From: Verrucomicrobiota bacterium
GTDB lineage: Bacteria; Verrucomicrobiota; Verrucomicrobiia; Limisphaerales; AAA164-E04
Assembly: GCA_047947115.1 (NCBI GenBank)
Contig: CP170459.1
Span: forward strand, 640,001-704,000
Reading direction: 5' to 3'
Length of the DNA stretch: 64,000 bases
The notes under the pieces are model-generated. The model was not told the origin of the DNA and made no database searches. It worked only from the letters and a program-made list of their open reading frames with translations. Shown one piece after another: positions 28,816 to 39,409 of this stretch (position 1 is its first letter; each line of letters starts with the position of its first letter). Position numbers and translations under genes: made by a program.

Positions 28816-30331
28816 GCATGCGCGTCAGGATAAAGCCAGGAGGTTTTGTTCATAGTTTTGACGAGATCGTTTGTCATATTTGCATTGGTATCTCATTTGT
28901 ATAGGGATAGCATCGCTGACTTGTACATTCCACGCTTCAAAACACAGAGCCAAAAAGTAATCTCCCAGTAGAGCAGCCACTTTCAACATGCTCAAATGCG
29001 CCGCGTTGCAAGTCTGCCCTGGGGCAAGCCAGTCACGCTCTATCAAGTTTGTAAGAACGGTAATAAAAATGAGTCGTGCACAAACCACTATCCGGAGTTG
29101 CTCTGCAGAACCGTCAGGAACCTCGGTGATACGAAAATGGCTTTTCCATGCCTTAAAAATGGTTTCTATCCGCCAGCGCAAACCGTAGATCTTTGCCACT
29201 TCTTTTGCTGTGCATTCGTTCTGGGGAACATTGGTTGTGAATATCGCCCAACCAAGCAACTCCAACCTTTGGGCATTGGGCTTTCGCCTTTTATCACGAT
29301 TGCTCTTGGCTTTGCGTCGCCGTTCTGCCGCGATCTCATCGGGAAGTTTGATGGCCACCAATCGCACGGGTAACTGCTTATCTGAGAGCAAAACATCAAA
29401 GTCCAAATTTCCTAATCGTTTCAGTTTTTTGAGTAAATCGATTTTTTCTCCTGTGGCTGGGTCCCTCACTTCGATATCCAATCGGATTCGACTCAAATAA
29501 TAGGCTCCAGCGTTTGCTATCTGTTGGAATGATTCTATCACGAAATAGACCAAGTCACGCAGTATTAAGTCCCCCTTACGTATGACTTTCAAAATATCAT
29601 AAGTTGCGGTTTGGTCGTTACGTCTAAATCCACTTATCCCGAAGTAGAGGAATTGTTGATTTTGTATATCCTGAATGGCTTGTATTTTCAGCGATGCAAT
29701 TTTGGAACCACTTTGATTAGCCGAACCGGGAAAAGCAGCCGCCAGTTTCGAATTTACTTTGATGGTCGTGCTATCATGAACAAGGATTCGTGGAAATCTA
29801 TTGAACTTGTTTGGGACGTTGCGGCCATTGTCTTTGGATTTGGCGCTTAATACTAGCGCCAGGATGCATTGAATATAATTCACAGCGCCCTGGTTCATTC
29901 GTTCCCACAATGACTGTTTGGCAATAGTATTATTGCTCAAAATTCCCAACAAAGTCGCCCATCGACTCAAACTTGCGGTGCCTTGGCAAACCAATAGAAT
30001 AGTCGCTTGTAGAAAAAATTCGGGCATTATTTTTCGCGGAGTTCGCAGGACAAAGCCGGTGGCGCGAGCAAGTGTCTGGAAATCGAAATCAGCGAACCAA
30101 CCGGTTAATGTTTGGGCACATCGGTGCCATTCATGAGGCAGGGAAACCCCTTGTGAATCTGGGAGTAAAGTCAAACATTTGGGTTGAGGTCTTGTTGTGT
30201 GTTGAAGATCTGAAGATGATATTGTCTGACAAGGATTTGTTGGAGAGTCATTCGGAAAAGCAGAAAGCAAACTGTACATAAAAGTACAGCTTTATCGTTA
30301 AAAATAATCATTTTTATCCTGACGCGCATGC
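28816..30331 (-). mobile_element. IS4-family insertion sequence
   Basis: Perfect IR GCATGCGCGTCAGGATAAA at both ends; GCAGACGC duplicated at 28808-28815 and 30332-30339 (exact ends ambiguous by 1-2 bp). Confidence 0.88.
28825..30279 (-). CDS. IS4 family DDE transposase
   Basis: DSTTI, RDLVYF, YYLSR, YREK signature YGLRWRIETIFKAWKS. Confidence 0.92.
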   Translation of the reverse strand: MYSLLSAFPNDSPTNPCQTISSSDLQHTTRPQPKCLTLLPDSQGVSLPHEWHRCAQTLTGWFADFDFQTLARATGFVLRTPRKIMPEFFLQATILLVCQGTASLSRWATLLGILSNNTIAKQSLWERMNQGAVNYIQCILALVLSAKSKDNGRNVPNKFNRFPRILVHDSTTIKVNSKLAAAFPGSANQSGSKIASLKIQAIQDIQNQQFLYFGISGFRRNDQTATYDILKVIRKGDLILRDLVYFVIESFQQIANAGAYYLSRIRLDIEVRDPATGEKIDLLKKLKRLGNLDFDVLLSDKQLPVRLVAIKLPDEIAAERRRKAKSNRDKRRKPNAQRLELLGWAIFTTNVPQNECTAKEVAKIYGLRWRIETIFKAWKSHFRITEVPDGSAEQLRIVVCARLIFITVLTNLIERDWLAPGQTCNAAHLSMLKVAALLGDYFLALCFEAWNVQVSDAIPIQMRYQCKYDKRSRQNYEQNLLALS

Positions 30332-30355
30332 GCAGACGCCGGATCTACGAGTTGT

Positions 30356-30493
30356 CACAGATTTACGCAGATATAGAAGGAAGATCCATTCGAATGGCAG
30401 CTGAAATTTGAGACACTATTTGGTGAATCACTTTGATGAGATCAAATCTGGCTTTATACCCAATATCTGCGTTCATCTGCGCCATCTGCGGAT
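30356..30493. repeat. CAGAT/ATCTG tandem inverted-repeat element
   Basis: CACAGATTTACGCAGATA ... TATCTGCGTTCATCTGCGCCATCTGCGGAT; same family as 41731-41878. Confidence 0.7.
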
Positions 30494-30597
30494 TCCTAAT
30501 TGAATGATTACGGCTAAGCCGTGTGCTTTTACATGAGGGGGTATCGTCAAGGGGAATAGAATGCTGAGGATACATGGTGACGGTAACGTTTCCCTGG

Positions 30598-30630
30598 CGT
30601 ATCCAGAGCGGTGCTGCACACCGCACTCCA
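30598..30630 (-). repeat. 33-bp REP-like palindromic unit (right arm)
   Basis: Exact inverted copy of 28712-28744. Confidence 0.85.
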
Positions 30631-30836
30631 AAATAATCCTTGGTAAGACGAACATTCTTATTGGAACGAACCATACCGGAAGGAAATCCAGCTCGTTGAC
30701 AAGCTGACGGGCAAGTAGGATAATGCTCCCGGTTCCCATGATCCCAATGAAAGGACTGAATCAACATTCGGCTTCCGAACTCAAACACGACGCTTTAAAA
30801 ACGTCGCGCCAGGACTGTGCCCAAAATGGCTTGGTT

Positions 30837-33317
30837 ATGGGAACTCCATTGATTCACTTAACTTGGGTGCTCATACTCATGGTGGGAACATCGCATCTAC
30901 ATGCAGACGAAACCAAGCATTGGGCCTTTCAACCTATTACCCATCCGGTTCCCCCTTATGCGGAAACCAATGATTGGGCACAAAACAACCTGGATCTTTT
31001 TGTACTGGATTCATTGCGGAAACATAACTTGCTCCCCTCCCCGAAAGCATCCAAACGCGAACTCATTCGCCGTGCGTATCTGGACCTGACAGGTTTACCT
31101 CCGTCCTTTGACGATGTGAAAGCATTCGAACAGGATGAAGATCCCGACGCGTTCCAGCAAACGATCGACCGCTTGCTGAACGATTCTTCCTATGGCAAAC
31201 ACTGGGGACGTCATTGGCTGGATGTCGCCCGCTATGCCGATGCCAAAGGATACGTGGACGCCGGCGAACCAACATACCCGTTTGCCTATACCTACAGGGA
31301 CTATGTGGTGGATGCGTTCAACCATGACAAACCTTTCGCCCAGTTCGTCATGGAACAAATCGCCGCCGACCGGTTACCAAAACCATCAAACCATTCAAAC
31401 GCGCTGGCCGGTCTGGGCTTTCTGACAGTGGGTTCGCGTTTCAACTTCTTCCCTCACGAAATCATCGATGATCGGATCGATGTGGTCACTCGAGGCTTTC
31501 TCGGATTAACAGTGACCTGCGCCCGTTGCCACGACCACAAATACGATCCGGTCACCAGCGAAGATTACTACGCGCTCTACGGCGTTTTCATGAACAGCCG
31601 GGAACCAGTGTTGGATACTGTTCCCGTGGTCCAAAAATCAGAGACGTCTTCAGAAAAAGAATGGAAAAAATCCATCCATGAATCAGCTGGTGCCTATCGC
31701 AAATTGCAAAAAGAACAACATGAGCGTGTCATGTTCGAGATGCGAGCCTGGGCCAAAGACTATTTGAATTACATCGTCCAAACCACGCCACGACACCGCA
31801 CCCAGGATCAACCCGACCTCGTTACCGAACGGGGCATGATCCGCGAAGTGTCCGCCTATGCCGGTGGAGCCGTCAAACCCTGGAGACGTTTCCTGGAAAC
31901 CCAAACAAAGGAAGATCCGGTGTTCGGTTTGTGGGCGGGACTTTATGAGCTGGATGGAAAAGCCATCCCTTCTTCCTACGCCGAGGAGTGGAAGCGTTTC
32001 AAAGATATGCCCAATGCCAATCAACTCGTCGTCCAATTCTTCAATGACCGGACAGTCGGGACCATGGCGGACGCAGCCGAAATTTATGGAACACTCCTGG
32101 AGGACATCGACACCCAATGGCGCGAGCTGTTAAAGTCGAATCCGGAAGCAGAACGTTTGGTGGCAGAAGAAAAGGAAGCCATCCGAGCCAAACTCTACGG
32201 ACCCTATGCGCCAGCCACTATACGAATCGACGAAGCCATTGACTACCTGACACTGGATGAAAGCGTCGCCATTCGAAAGGCCCATGCCGAGACGGAACGC
32301 GTGTTCCTGAAACATTGGCAAGAAGTCGCGGCACGTCCTATGATGCTGGAAGATCGTGATCAGGTCCTCGTATCACATGTGTTCCATCGAGGCGATCCCG
32401 ATCAACCGGGTGATCCTGCCCCCCGTTCGATTCCTGCTGTCTTGGGAGCAACCTCCAGCAGGAAGATTGAACATGGCAGCGGACGCCTGGAATTGGCTGA
32501 GCTGATATCCGATCCCGACAATCCCCTTGCGGCCCGCGTTTGGGTGAATCGGATTTGGAACTGGCATTTCGGACGCCCCCTGGTGGCGACTCCGAGCGAC
32601 TTTGGTGTGCGAAGCCAACCCCCGATTCATGCACAACTACTGGACTACCTTGCATCTTTCTTCCTTGCTTCAGGGGGTTCAAGCAAGGAATTGCACCGTT
32701 TGATTCTTGGCTCAGCCACCTGGCAGCAATCCAGCAAAGATCGCGCAGCATGTCGCGCACATGATCCGAACAATAACTTGCTTTGGCGCATGAATCGAAG
32801 ACGTCTCACTTTCGAGACCGTTCGTGATTCCATGTTGCAGGTTGCCGACAAACTGAAAGACAGCCCCGGAGGCCCGCCTCTTAAAAAGAGTCCACAAGAT
32901 CCTGAGAACAACGTTCGTACGATATACAATTACATCGACCGGGAAGATCTGGACGATGTCTTCCGCATCTTTGATTTTCCTAGCCCCGACATTTCAGCAC
33001 CGCACCGCACCGAAACCAACGTCCCTCAACAGGCCCTCTTCCTTTTGAACAGCCCGTTCGTGCTCTCGCAAGCAAAAGCCATCATTGGAACATTGCCCGC
33101 GCCTTTGGATGCAGCCCTGACATCCAACGCTTGTCAGCAAAATTTGAAACATCTATTTCACCTGATCTACCAGCGGGATCCGGCACCGGAAGAATACCGT
33201 TCCTTGGAGAACTATTTGAAACAGCGTATCCCCGATACTAACCAGGATCCGGCGCAGGCTTGGTCGGAGATCGCACAAACCTTGCTACTATCGAATGAAT
33301 TTCAATTCCTGGATTAA
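30837..33317 (+). CDS. DUF1549/DUF1553 (PSCyt2/PSD1) domain protein
   Basis: HWAFQP, LIRRAYLDLTGLPP, WLDVARYAD, CARCHDHKYDP, NPLAARVWVNRIW, PQQALFLLNSPF, LLSNEFQFLD; ORF track start is 30723. Confidence 0.93.
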   Translation: MGTPLIHLTWVLILMVGTSHLHADETKHWAFQPITHPVPPYAETNDWAQNNLDLFVLDSLRKHNLLPSPKASKRELIRRAYLDLTGLPPSFDDVKAFEQDEDPDAFQQTIDRLLNDSSYGKHWGRHWLDVARYADAKGYVDAGEPTYPFAYTYRDYVVDAFNHDKPFAQFVMEQIAADRLPKPSNHSNALAGLGFLTVGSRFNFFPHEIIDDRIDVVTRGFLGLTVTCARCHDHKYDPVTSEDYYALYGVFMNSREPVLDTVPVVQKSETSSEKEWKKSIHESAGAYRKLQKEQHERVMFEMRAWAKDYLNYIVQTTPRHRTQDQPDLVTERGMIREVSAYAGGAVKPWRRFLETQTKEDPVFGLWAGLYELDGKAIPSSYAEEWKRFKDMPNANQLVVQFFNDRTVGTMADAAEIYGTLLEDIDTQWRELLKSNPEAERLVAEEKEAIRAKLYGPYAPATIRIDEAIDYLTLDESVAIRKAHAETERVFLKHWQEVAARPMMLEDRDQVLVSHVFHRGDPDQPGDPAPRSIPAVLGATSSRKIEHGSGRLELAELISDPDNPLAARVWVNRIWNWHFGRPLVATPSDFGVRSQPPIHAQLLDYLASFFLASGGSSKELHRLILGSATWQQSSKDRAACRAHDPNNNLLWRMNRRRLTFETVRDSMLQVADKLKDSPGGPPLKKSPQDPENNVRTIYNYIDREDLDDVFRIFDFPSPDISAPHRTETNVPQQALFLLNSPFVLSQAKAIIGTLPAPLDAALTSNACQQNLKHLFHLIYQRDPAPEEYRSLENYLKQRIPDTNQDPAQAWSEIAQTLLLSNEFQFLD

Positions 33318-33322
33318 CCGTC

Positions 33323-34744
33323 ATGAAACAGCACCCAACCTTTGAACAGGTCATATCGAGAAAACGCTTTCTGACTCGGTCAGGCATGGGGATGGCCGCG
33401 CTTGGATTGCAATCGCTCACCGGAAGGGCCAGTCAGACAATCCCGATTGCCAATCCGCTCGCTCCAAAACCCTCTCATTTTGCCCCCAAGGCCCGGCACG
33501 TCATCCATATTTTCATGAATGGCGGTCCGTCACATGTCGACACTTTTGATCCCAAACCCGAGCTCACCAAGTATCACGGAAAACCACTTCCCAATCCGAA
33601 CCTCATCACCGAACGCCTCACAGGAGCTGGCTTTGCCTCCCCCTTCAAGTTCACTGAATATGGAGCGAGCGGTATTCCCATCAGCGAGTTGTTTTCCGAC
33701 CTTGGTCCACACGCCGACGATTTGTGTGTGATACGATCGATGCATTGCGACGTCCCCAACCACGAACCTTCCCTCATGATGATGAACTGCGGAGACAATG
33801 TATTGTCCCGTCCCAGCATGGGGTCCTGGTTGACGTATGGATTAGGAACCGATAACCAGAACCTGCCCGGCTTTGTGGCGATGTGTCCCGGTGGTTACCC
33901 GGTCAAAGGACCCGACAATTGGCGTTCCTCCTTTTTGCCGGGGATTTACGAAGGAGCCTATATCAATTCGGAACATACCGAGGTGGAGCAACTCATCCAG
34001 CATATCAAGCATCCGAGCCTGGACAAAACCGCCCAGCGTCGACAGTTGGATTTGCTGCAGGAACTGAACAAACGTCACTTGGATTTCCAGGGACCCGATC
34101 CCGGACTGGAAGCACGCATCCTTAGTTACGAACAAGCCTATCGCATGCAACTCGAAGCCACGGACGCATTCGACATCCAGCGCGAACCCGAATCCGTCCG
34201 GGAACGTTACGGCGACACCGCCCAGGGAAGACAATTACTGATGTCGCGTCGTCTGGTGGAACGCGGTGTTCGCTTCGTCCAACTCTGGCACGGTAAATGG
34301 CAACCCTGGGACAACCACGACGCCATCGAAAAGAATCATCGCCAACTCGCAGGAGAATGTTCCAAAGGTATCGGCGCACTGTTGACCGATTTAAAAGACC
34401 GGGGACTCCTCGATGAGACACTGGTGATCTGGGGCGGCGAATTCGGACGCACGCCAACAGTTGAACAGAACGGCAAGGGGGAAAGCAAACTCGGACGCGA
34501 TCACAACCACTACGGATTTTCCATGTGGATGGCAGGCGGTGGCGTCAAAGGCGGAACCGTCTACGGAGCCACGGACGAGTTTGGTTTTCGTGCTGTTCAC
34601 AAACCCACTCACGTACACGACCTCCACGCCACCATCCTTCATCTGATGGGTCTGGACCACGAACGATTAACCTACCGTTACGCCAGTCGAGATTTCCGTT
34701 TAACCGACGTGCATGGAAACGTGCTGCACGAACTGATCGCTTGA
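33323..34744 (+). CDS. DUF1501 domain protein
   Basis: Tat-like SRKRFL; FMNGGPSHVDTFDPKP; RRLVERGVRFVQ; WGGEFGRTP; GRDHN; RLTDVHG. Confidence 0.93.
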   Translation: MKQHPTFEQVISRKRFLTRSGMGMAALGLQSLTGRASQTIPIANPLAPKPSHFAPKARHVIHIFMNGGPSHVDTFDPKPELTKYHGKPLPNPNLITERLTGAGFASPFKFTEYGASGIPISELFSDLGPHADDLCVIRSMHCDVPNHEPSLMMMNCGDNVLSRPSMGSWLTYGLGTDNQNLPGFVAMCPGGYPVKGPDNWRSSFLPGIYEGAYINSEHTEVEQLIQHIKHPSLDKTAQRRQLDLLQELNKRHLDFQGPDPGLEARILSYEQAYRMQLEATDAFDIQREPESVRERYGDTAQGRQLLMSRRLVERGVRFVQLWHGKWQPWDNHDAIEKNHRQLAGECSKGIGALLTDLKDRGLLDETLVIWGGEFGRTPTVEQNGKGESKLGRDHNHYGFSMWMAGGGVKGGTVYGATDEFGFRAVHKPTHVHDLHATILHLMGLDHERLTYRYASRDFRLTDVHGNVLHELIA

Positions 34745-34774
34745 TGCGCTGCGATCCATTTGCTTGGAATATCC

Positions 34775-35950
34775 ATGAAAATTGAAGCCGTCGATTTCTT
34801 CTACCTGACCATGCCCATCATCAGGGACATCGGCGACGGTAGCCAGGATGCACTCCTGGTGCGGATTCAAGCCGATGGCCACGAAGGTTGGGGGGAATGC
34901 GAAGCCTCACCACTTGTCACCATGGCAGCCTGGAATTGCCCGATGTCGCACAGCGCCTGCAAACCTGTCAGCGCATCCGTGCTCGGCCACTCCCTCAATG
35001 ACCTGAAAGACATCACCCGTATCCATCAACTTGTCCGCAAACAAAGCCTGGACCTGCTTCAGACTGACCACCTGTTGAGTGGCATCGATATCGCCCTGTG
35101 GGATCTGATGGGCAAGAAACTGGAGACGCCGGTCTATCGACTACTTGGATACAACCAAGCCTTTCCCAAACTTCCCTATGCGTCACAACTCTTTGGGGAC
35201 ACTCCCCAGCAGACACTCGAAAAAGCAAAAGCCGTAAGCGCCAATCACTATCGCGCCGCCAAGTTTGGTTGGGGGCCGTATGGTCAGGGAACAGTTGAGC
35301 AGGATCACGACCACGTCCACGCCGCTCGCGAAGGGCTGGGACCGGACGGAATTCTCCTGATCGACGCCGGAACAGTTTGGCAGGACGACGTGGAGGCAGC
35401 GTCACAACGTCTAAAGGCTTTACAGGAATGTCGGGTGACATGGTTGGAAGAACCCTTTATCTCGGCAGCCTTGGGAGCATATCGTCAACTTTCGTTGAAA
35501 AGTAATTCCGTCAAACTGGCAGGCGGAGAGGGATGTCACCAGGCACATCAAGCATTCAACATGATGGATTATGCAGGGCTGGGTTACATCCAAATTGACA
35601 CCGGCCGCGTGGGCGGTATTTCCCCGGCCTTTCAAGTGGCCCAAAGAGCAGCAAAGCAAAATGTCACCTATGTAAACCACACCTTCACATCGTACCTCGC
35701 ATTGTCCGCATCCATCCAACCCTACGCTGGCTTGGAATCACATCAAATCTGCGAATACCCCGTCGAAGCAACGACGCTGGCAAGAAAGTTGACACAAACG
35801 TCCATGATTCCCGATGAAGATGGAATGATCACAGTTCCAGAAGCTCCAGGGCTCGGGTTGGCTATCGATCCGGAGACAATCGACCGTTACCGGCAAGAAG
35901 TTCAGATAAAAGTCAACAATCGCATCGCTTTTGAATCCACCCGCAGGTAA
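34775..35950 (+). CDS. Mandelate racemase/muconate lactonizing enzyme family (enolase superfamily, acid-sugar dehydratase-like)
   Basis: GWGE, SGIDIALWDL.GK, KFG, IDAG, WLEEP, AGGE, PEAPGLG. Confidence 0.9.
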   Translation: MKIEAVDFFYLTMPIIRDIGDGSQDALLVRIQADGHEGWGECEASPLVTMAAWNCPMSHSACKPVSASVLGHSLNDLKDITRIHQLVRKQSLDLLQTDHLLSGIDIALWDLMGKKLETPVYRLLGYNQAFPKLPYASQLFGDTPQQTLEKAKAVSANHYRAAKFGWGPYGQGTVEQDHDHVHAAREGLGPDGILLIDAGTVWQDDVEAASQRLKALQECRVTWLEEPFISAALGAYRQLSLKSNSVKLAGGEGCHQAHQAFNMMDYAGLGYIQIDTGRVGGISPAFQVAQRAAKQNVTYVNHTFTSYLALSASIQPYAGLESHQICEYPVEATTLARKLTQTSMIPDEDGMITVPEAPGLGLAIDPETIDRYRQEVQIKVNNRIAFESTRR

Positions 35951-35971
35951 CCCGAGACGTTGGAACGAACA

Positions 35972-35996
35972 GGTAGAGCGTGGCGTCTCGGCGCGC
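35972..35996 (+). repeat. GTAG-type REP-like unit
   Basis: GGTAGAGCGTGGCGTCTCGGCGCGC; related inverted copy at 45003-45027. Confidence 0.55.
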
Positions 35997-36112
35997 AAAC
36001 CTCATGACTTCCATCCCCTGCTTGTCACCTCCCGATGGAAAACCCAACCGCTACCCAACCCCCATCAATCCGTGCAGCTATCGCTAACGGCAACGGATCG
36101 AGATCCACGCAG

Positions 36113-39100
36113 TCACGGGATAAACTGCTCCGATCTACCTGAATTCACTATTTTAAATTTACTATTCAAAAGGTCTTCAGGCCGAATGAACCCCTTTTGA
36201 TCTTTTGTGGCAGCACGAACAGCTTTCACCTGATCAGGTTCAACAACGCTTGCCTTGTTTCCAAACGAATTGCGAACATACGTCAACACGGAAGCAATTT
36301 CCTCATCGTTCAAGCCCTTGAAAGGTGTCATTGGCACCAGCCCCAGATAGTGTTTCCCCTTCACATCGATTGGTCCCAACAATCCGTGAAGCGTCAGCGC
36401 AATCAATCGATCCGGACTTTCCGTCACCCATTCGGAACCGGCCAATGGCGGAAATTGAGCGGCGGGCAAACCCATTCCGTTTTCCTGATGACAGGTGATA
36501 CAATGACCCTCGCGCCGATAAATCTCAGCCCCTTTCTCAAACCGTTCCTTGGCCATACCTGTAAGCGTCGTTTCAGGAGGGGTCCATTTTACCATTTCGA
36601 TCACACCACCTTTCAAATGTGTCAATGCAGTCTCAATCACTGGACGTAATGTATCATCAATGGGCAGCGCCGCAGCCGCTTCCACAATCGGTAAACCAAC
36701 TGAAGGCTTCAGCCAGGAAGCAGCAGCAACAGCCTCCAGTCGAACACGTCCATGCGGATCCTTGGCGGCCAACTTGAGCAGGTCGGCAGCCCGGCTGATT
36801 TTATGGTGGTTGTAACGAACAACACGAACAGCCGCCGCTCTGGCTTTGAAGTCGTCGGCCTGCAACAACCGATTGACCAGGGAAACATCAATCTGATCAA
36901 ATCCCCAACCAACCCACATGGCTTCCACCAAGTGATGTTCAACTTTCGGGTCGCTGGCATCCAACCGCTCGGTCCAGGCTTTAAGCGCCAGCAATACCGC
37001 GCCGGATGAACGTCCACGCAACTCTCGTCGAGTGCGATAACGTGTTCGGTATTCGGGAAGTTTCAAGTTATCCAATAGTTGCGGGATAGATGCACCGGCC
37101 ACTTGGGCGGGTTGGATCAGTGGACGTAATGGATAGGTCATGCGATAGATGCGCCCATGTTCATGATCACGCAGCGGATCACGCGCGCTGTGCTGCATGT
37201 GCCCCACAAGGACATTGTGCCAGTCCACCACATATAAGGATCCATCCGGCGCGAATTCCATGTCAACCAGACGAACGTTTCCATCGGAACTTTTCAACAA
37301 GTCCTGACGATGATGACTTCGGAAACCCGTTCCATCATCGATCATGGCGTGTTGTTTGGTACCGAGAAATCCAATCGTGTTGTGAATCAACAAATCCCCC
37401 TGCATTTCTTCCGGAAAATGTCGGCTCGACACAAACTCCAAACCAGAGGTTGGCCGCACCCGATGAGCCTCCTCGATCAGATTCGGGGGCAATGGAGCAA
37501 AGGACCCGTAGGGCACGGAAACACTACCCTGCACCATCCACCGCACATTGGGATCGGAAGTATCGGCGAAAAAGATTTGGCCCCATTCATCAACCGCTGT
37601 GCCCCATGGATTGGGAATGGACAAACGTGTGGTACGTTCGAGATGCTTTCGCACAGGATCAAACCTGAAGAACCCTCCGTTCGAACTACGGACCGGACCG
37701 TAAGGTGTTTCCACGTTACTATGCAAGAAAGTCCCTTCTCCCATGTAAATCGCTCCGCTGGGGTCGGCACAAAAAGCGCTGATGACATGGTGAGTGTCAT
37801 GATCGTCAAAACCACTCAAGATGGTTTCCTCTTTGTCAGCATGATCGTCTCCATCGGTGTCCGACAACAAGATCAGATGCGTCCCCTGCGCCACATAGAC
37901 ACCTTCGGGAGCAAACTCAAACCCGGTCGGCAAATGCAGTCCGTCAGCGAACACCGTTTCCTTGTCGGCTTTACCGTCGTTGTCGGTGTCTTCAATGATG
38001 AGCAACTTGTCGTCGGGTTTGGCATCGCCGGGTTGGTAATGAGGGTAGGTCGGCATGGTGGACACCCAAAGTCGTCCGGCATTGTCAAAAGCCATTTGGA
38101 CCGGATTGGCCAGGTTGGGAAACTCCCTCTCCGAAGCGAACAGTTCGATCTTGAACCCCTCGGGAACGGTCATGGTTTTCAAAGCTTCATCACCGTAACG
38201 GTAATCAATGCTGCCGTTCTTGGCGCTCGGACGATAGTTCGTTTCGATGGTTGGAAGTTCGTGGGTTTGTGTATCAGCTTGTTCTAAATCAAAAACGCTC
38301 CCCTCCAGCACCGCCCAAATAGCCTGATCCCGGTTGTGCGTCATCTCATCCAGCTTGATGAGTTCATGCGGATAATTGTCCGGACCAAAAGGCCGATGCC
38401 GACGACCGTAGACATGCACCCCGTTTGGAATCTTATATAACTTGTGCCACATCCAGTTCTTTTCGTGCACTGCCTCACGGAGCACTTGAACATCGGTATC
38501 TTTACCCTGATAGGATTTGAACAATGCATCGGCCAACCATCGTGAAAGGTTGGCGTAACCGGATTCATTCAACTGAAAACCATCGATGGTCAACGGTGCC
38601 TCAGTGTGGTCATACCATTGTTGGCTGGGAGCAAAAGCATTGATGAACAACACGTCCATTTCCTGAGCCACATCTTCCATGGCGGCTGTGTATAGAGCCA
38701 GATTGGCGTTTTCGATTTGGCCATCAGGAGTATGATGGGTCGCGGACAAATCTTCAAATGCGATTGGCGAAACAAGGGCCAGCTGTGGCGATCCGATGCC
38801 GTTGTAGGATTGTGAACGCGTATGCTGAACAAAATCCCGCAGCTCGCTTTTGAAGGCACCCAAACCTTCCTGCCCGCGAAACGATTCGTTGTATCCGAAA
38901 AATGCAATGATGACATCCGCCTTCAAACGGGTCAGCCATGCATCGGGCGATTCATACGTGCCGTAACCAGCATGACCGGAGCCCCAACGATCCTTCGCAT
39001 CCGACAAAGGTTCATAATACTTTTCCGCACCAGGAAAGGCCCAGGGAGAGGGGCGACCCGAGTGTGGACGAAATCCGGGAGTGTTCCCTTCATCCGCCAT

Positions 39101-39352
39101 GTTGCGGATGACCAGGCGCTGACTTGGGTGGCGTCGATAGATCTCCGTTTCAAACAGCCCATAACGCGTCATGCGCGAACCCAGGCCATTTCCCAAGAGC
39201 ACCACGCGCGAGCCTTCACTCAGTTCAAATTTTTCGGCACCATCCATCGATGGCATACCGAGAAAAAGGACAACGACAGGAAACATCCAAAAGTTGATCA
39301 CACAATGTCGGAACATGAGGATGATACTAATTAGGTCGGACTTGAGGCACAA
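36113..39352 (-). CDS. PVC-type heme-binding CxxCH protein: SGNH-like domain, dehydrogenase-like beta-propeller, HEAT repeats, cytochrome c
   Basis: FFGYNES (SGNH-like); VPEGFKIELFASE, NPVQMAFDNAGRLWV, DTDNDGKAD, APDGSLYVVDW; CITCH...PPLAGSEWV...YVRNSFGN; start probably 39316 or later. Confidence 0.9.
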   Translation of the reverse strand: MCLKSDLISIILMFRHCVINFWMFPVVVLFLGMPSMDGAEKFELSEGSRVVLLGNGLGSRMTRYGLFETEIYRRHPSQRLVIRNMADEGNTPGFRPHSGRPSPWAFPGAEKYYEPLSDAKDRWGSGHAGYGTYESPDAWLTRLKADVIIAFFGYNESFRGQEGLGAFKSELRDFVQHTRSQSYNGIGSPQLALVSPIAFEDLSATHHTPDGQIENANLALYTAAMEDVAQEMDVLFINAFAPSQQWYDHTEAPLTIDGFQLNESGYANLSRWLADALFKSYQGKDTDVQVLREAVHEKNWMWHKLYKIPNGVHVYGRRHRPFGPDNYPHELIKLDEMTHNRDQAIWAVLEGSVFDLEQADTQTHELPTIETNYRPSAKNGSIDYRYGDEALKTMTVPEGFKIELFASEREFPNLANPVQMAFDNAGRLWVSTMPTYPHYQPGDAKPDDKLLIIEDTDNDGKADKETVFADGLHLPTGFEFAPEGVYVAQGTHLILLSDTDGDDHADKEETILSGFDDHDTHHVISAFCADPSGAIYMGEGTFLHSNVETPYGPVRSSNGGFFRFDPVRKHLERTTRLSIPNPWGTAVDEWGQIFFADTSDPNVRWMVQGSVSVPYGSFAPLPPNLIEEAHRVRPTSGLEFVSSRHFPEEMQGDLLIHNTIGFLGTKQHAMIDDGTGFRSHHRQDLLKSSDGNVRLVDMEFAPDGSLYVVDWHNVLVGHMQHSARDPLRDHEHGRIYRMTYPLRPLIQPAQVAGASIPQLLDNLKLPEYRTRYRTRRELRGRSSGAVLLALKAWTERLDASDPKVEHHLVEAMWVGWGFDQIDVSLVNRLLQADDFKARAAAVRVVRYNHHKISRAADLLKLAAKDPHGRVRLEAVAAASWLKPSVGLPIVEAAAALPIDDTLRPVIETALTHLKGGVIEMVKWTPPETTLTGMAKERFEKGAEIYRREGHCITCHQENGMGLPAAQFPPLAGSEWVTESPDRLIALTLHGLLGPIDVKGKHYLGLVPMTPFKGLNDEEIASVLTYVRNSFGNKASVVEPDQVKAVRAATKDQKGFIRPEDLLNSKFKIVNSGRSEQFIP

Positions 39353-39409
39353 GATTGGAAGATCGAAATCTTGAATTGACTATACTGTGAGTCAGTTCAA
39401 ACTTTTCCA

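Noticed and set aside
28712..30630. 33-bp palindromic repeat as a CRISPR repeat
   Set aside because: Only two copies, inverted and 1.9 kb apart, with no spacers or cas genes
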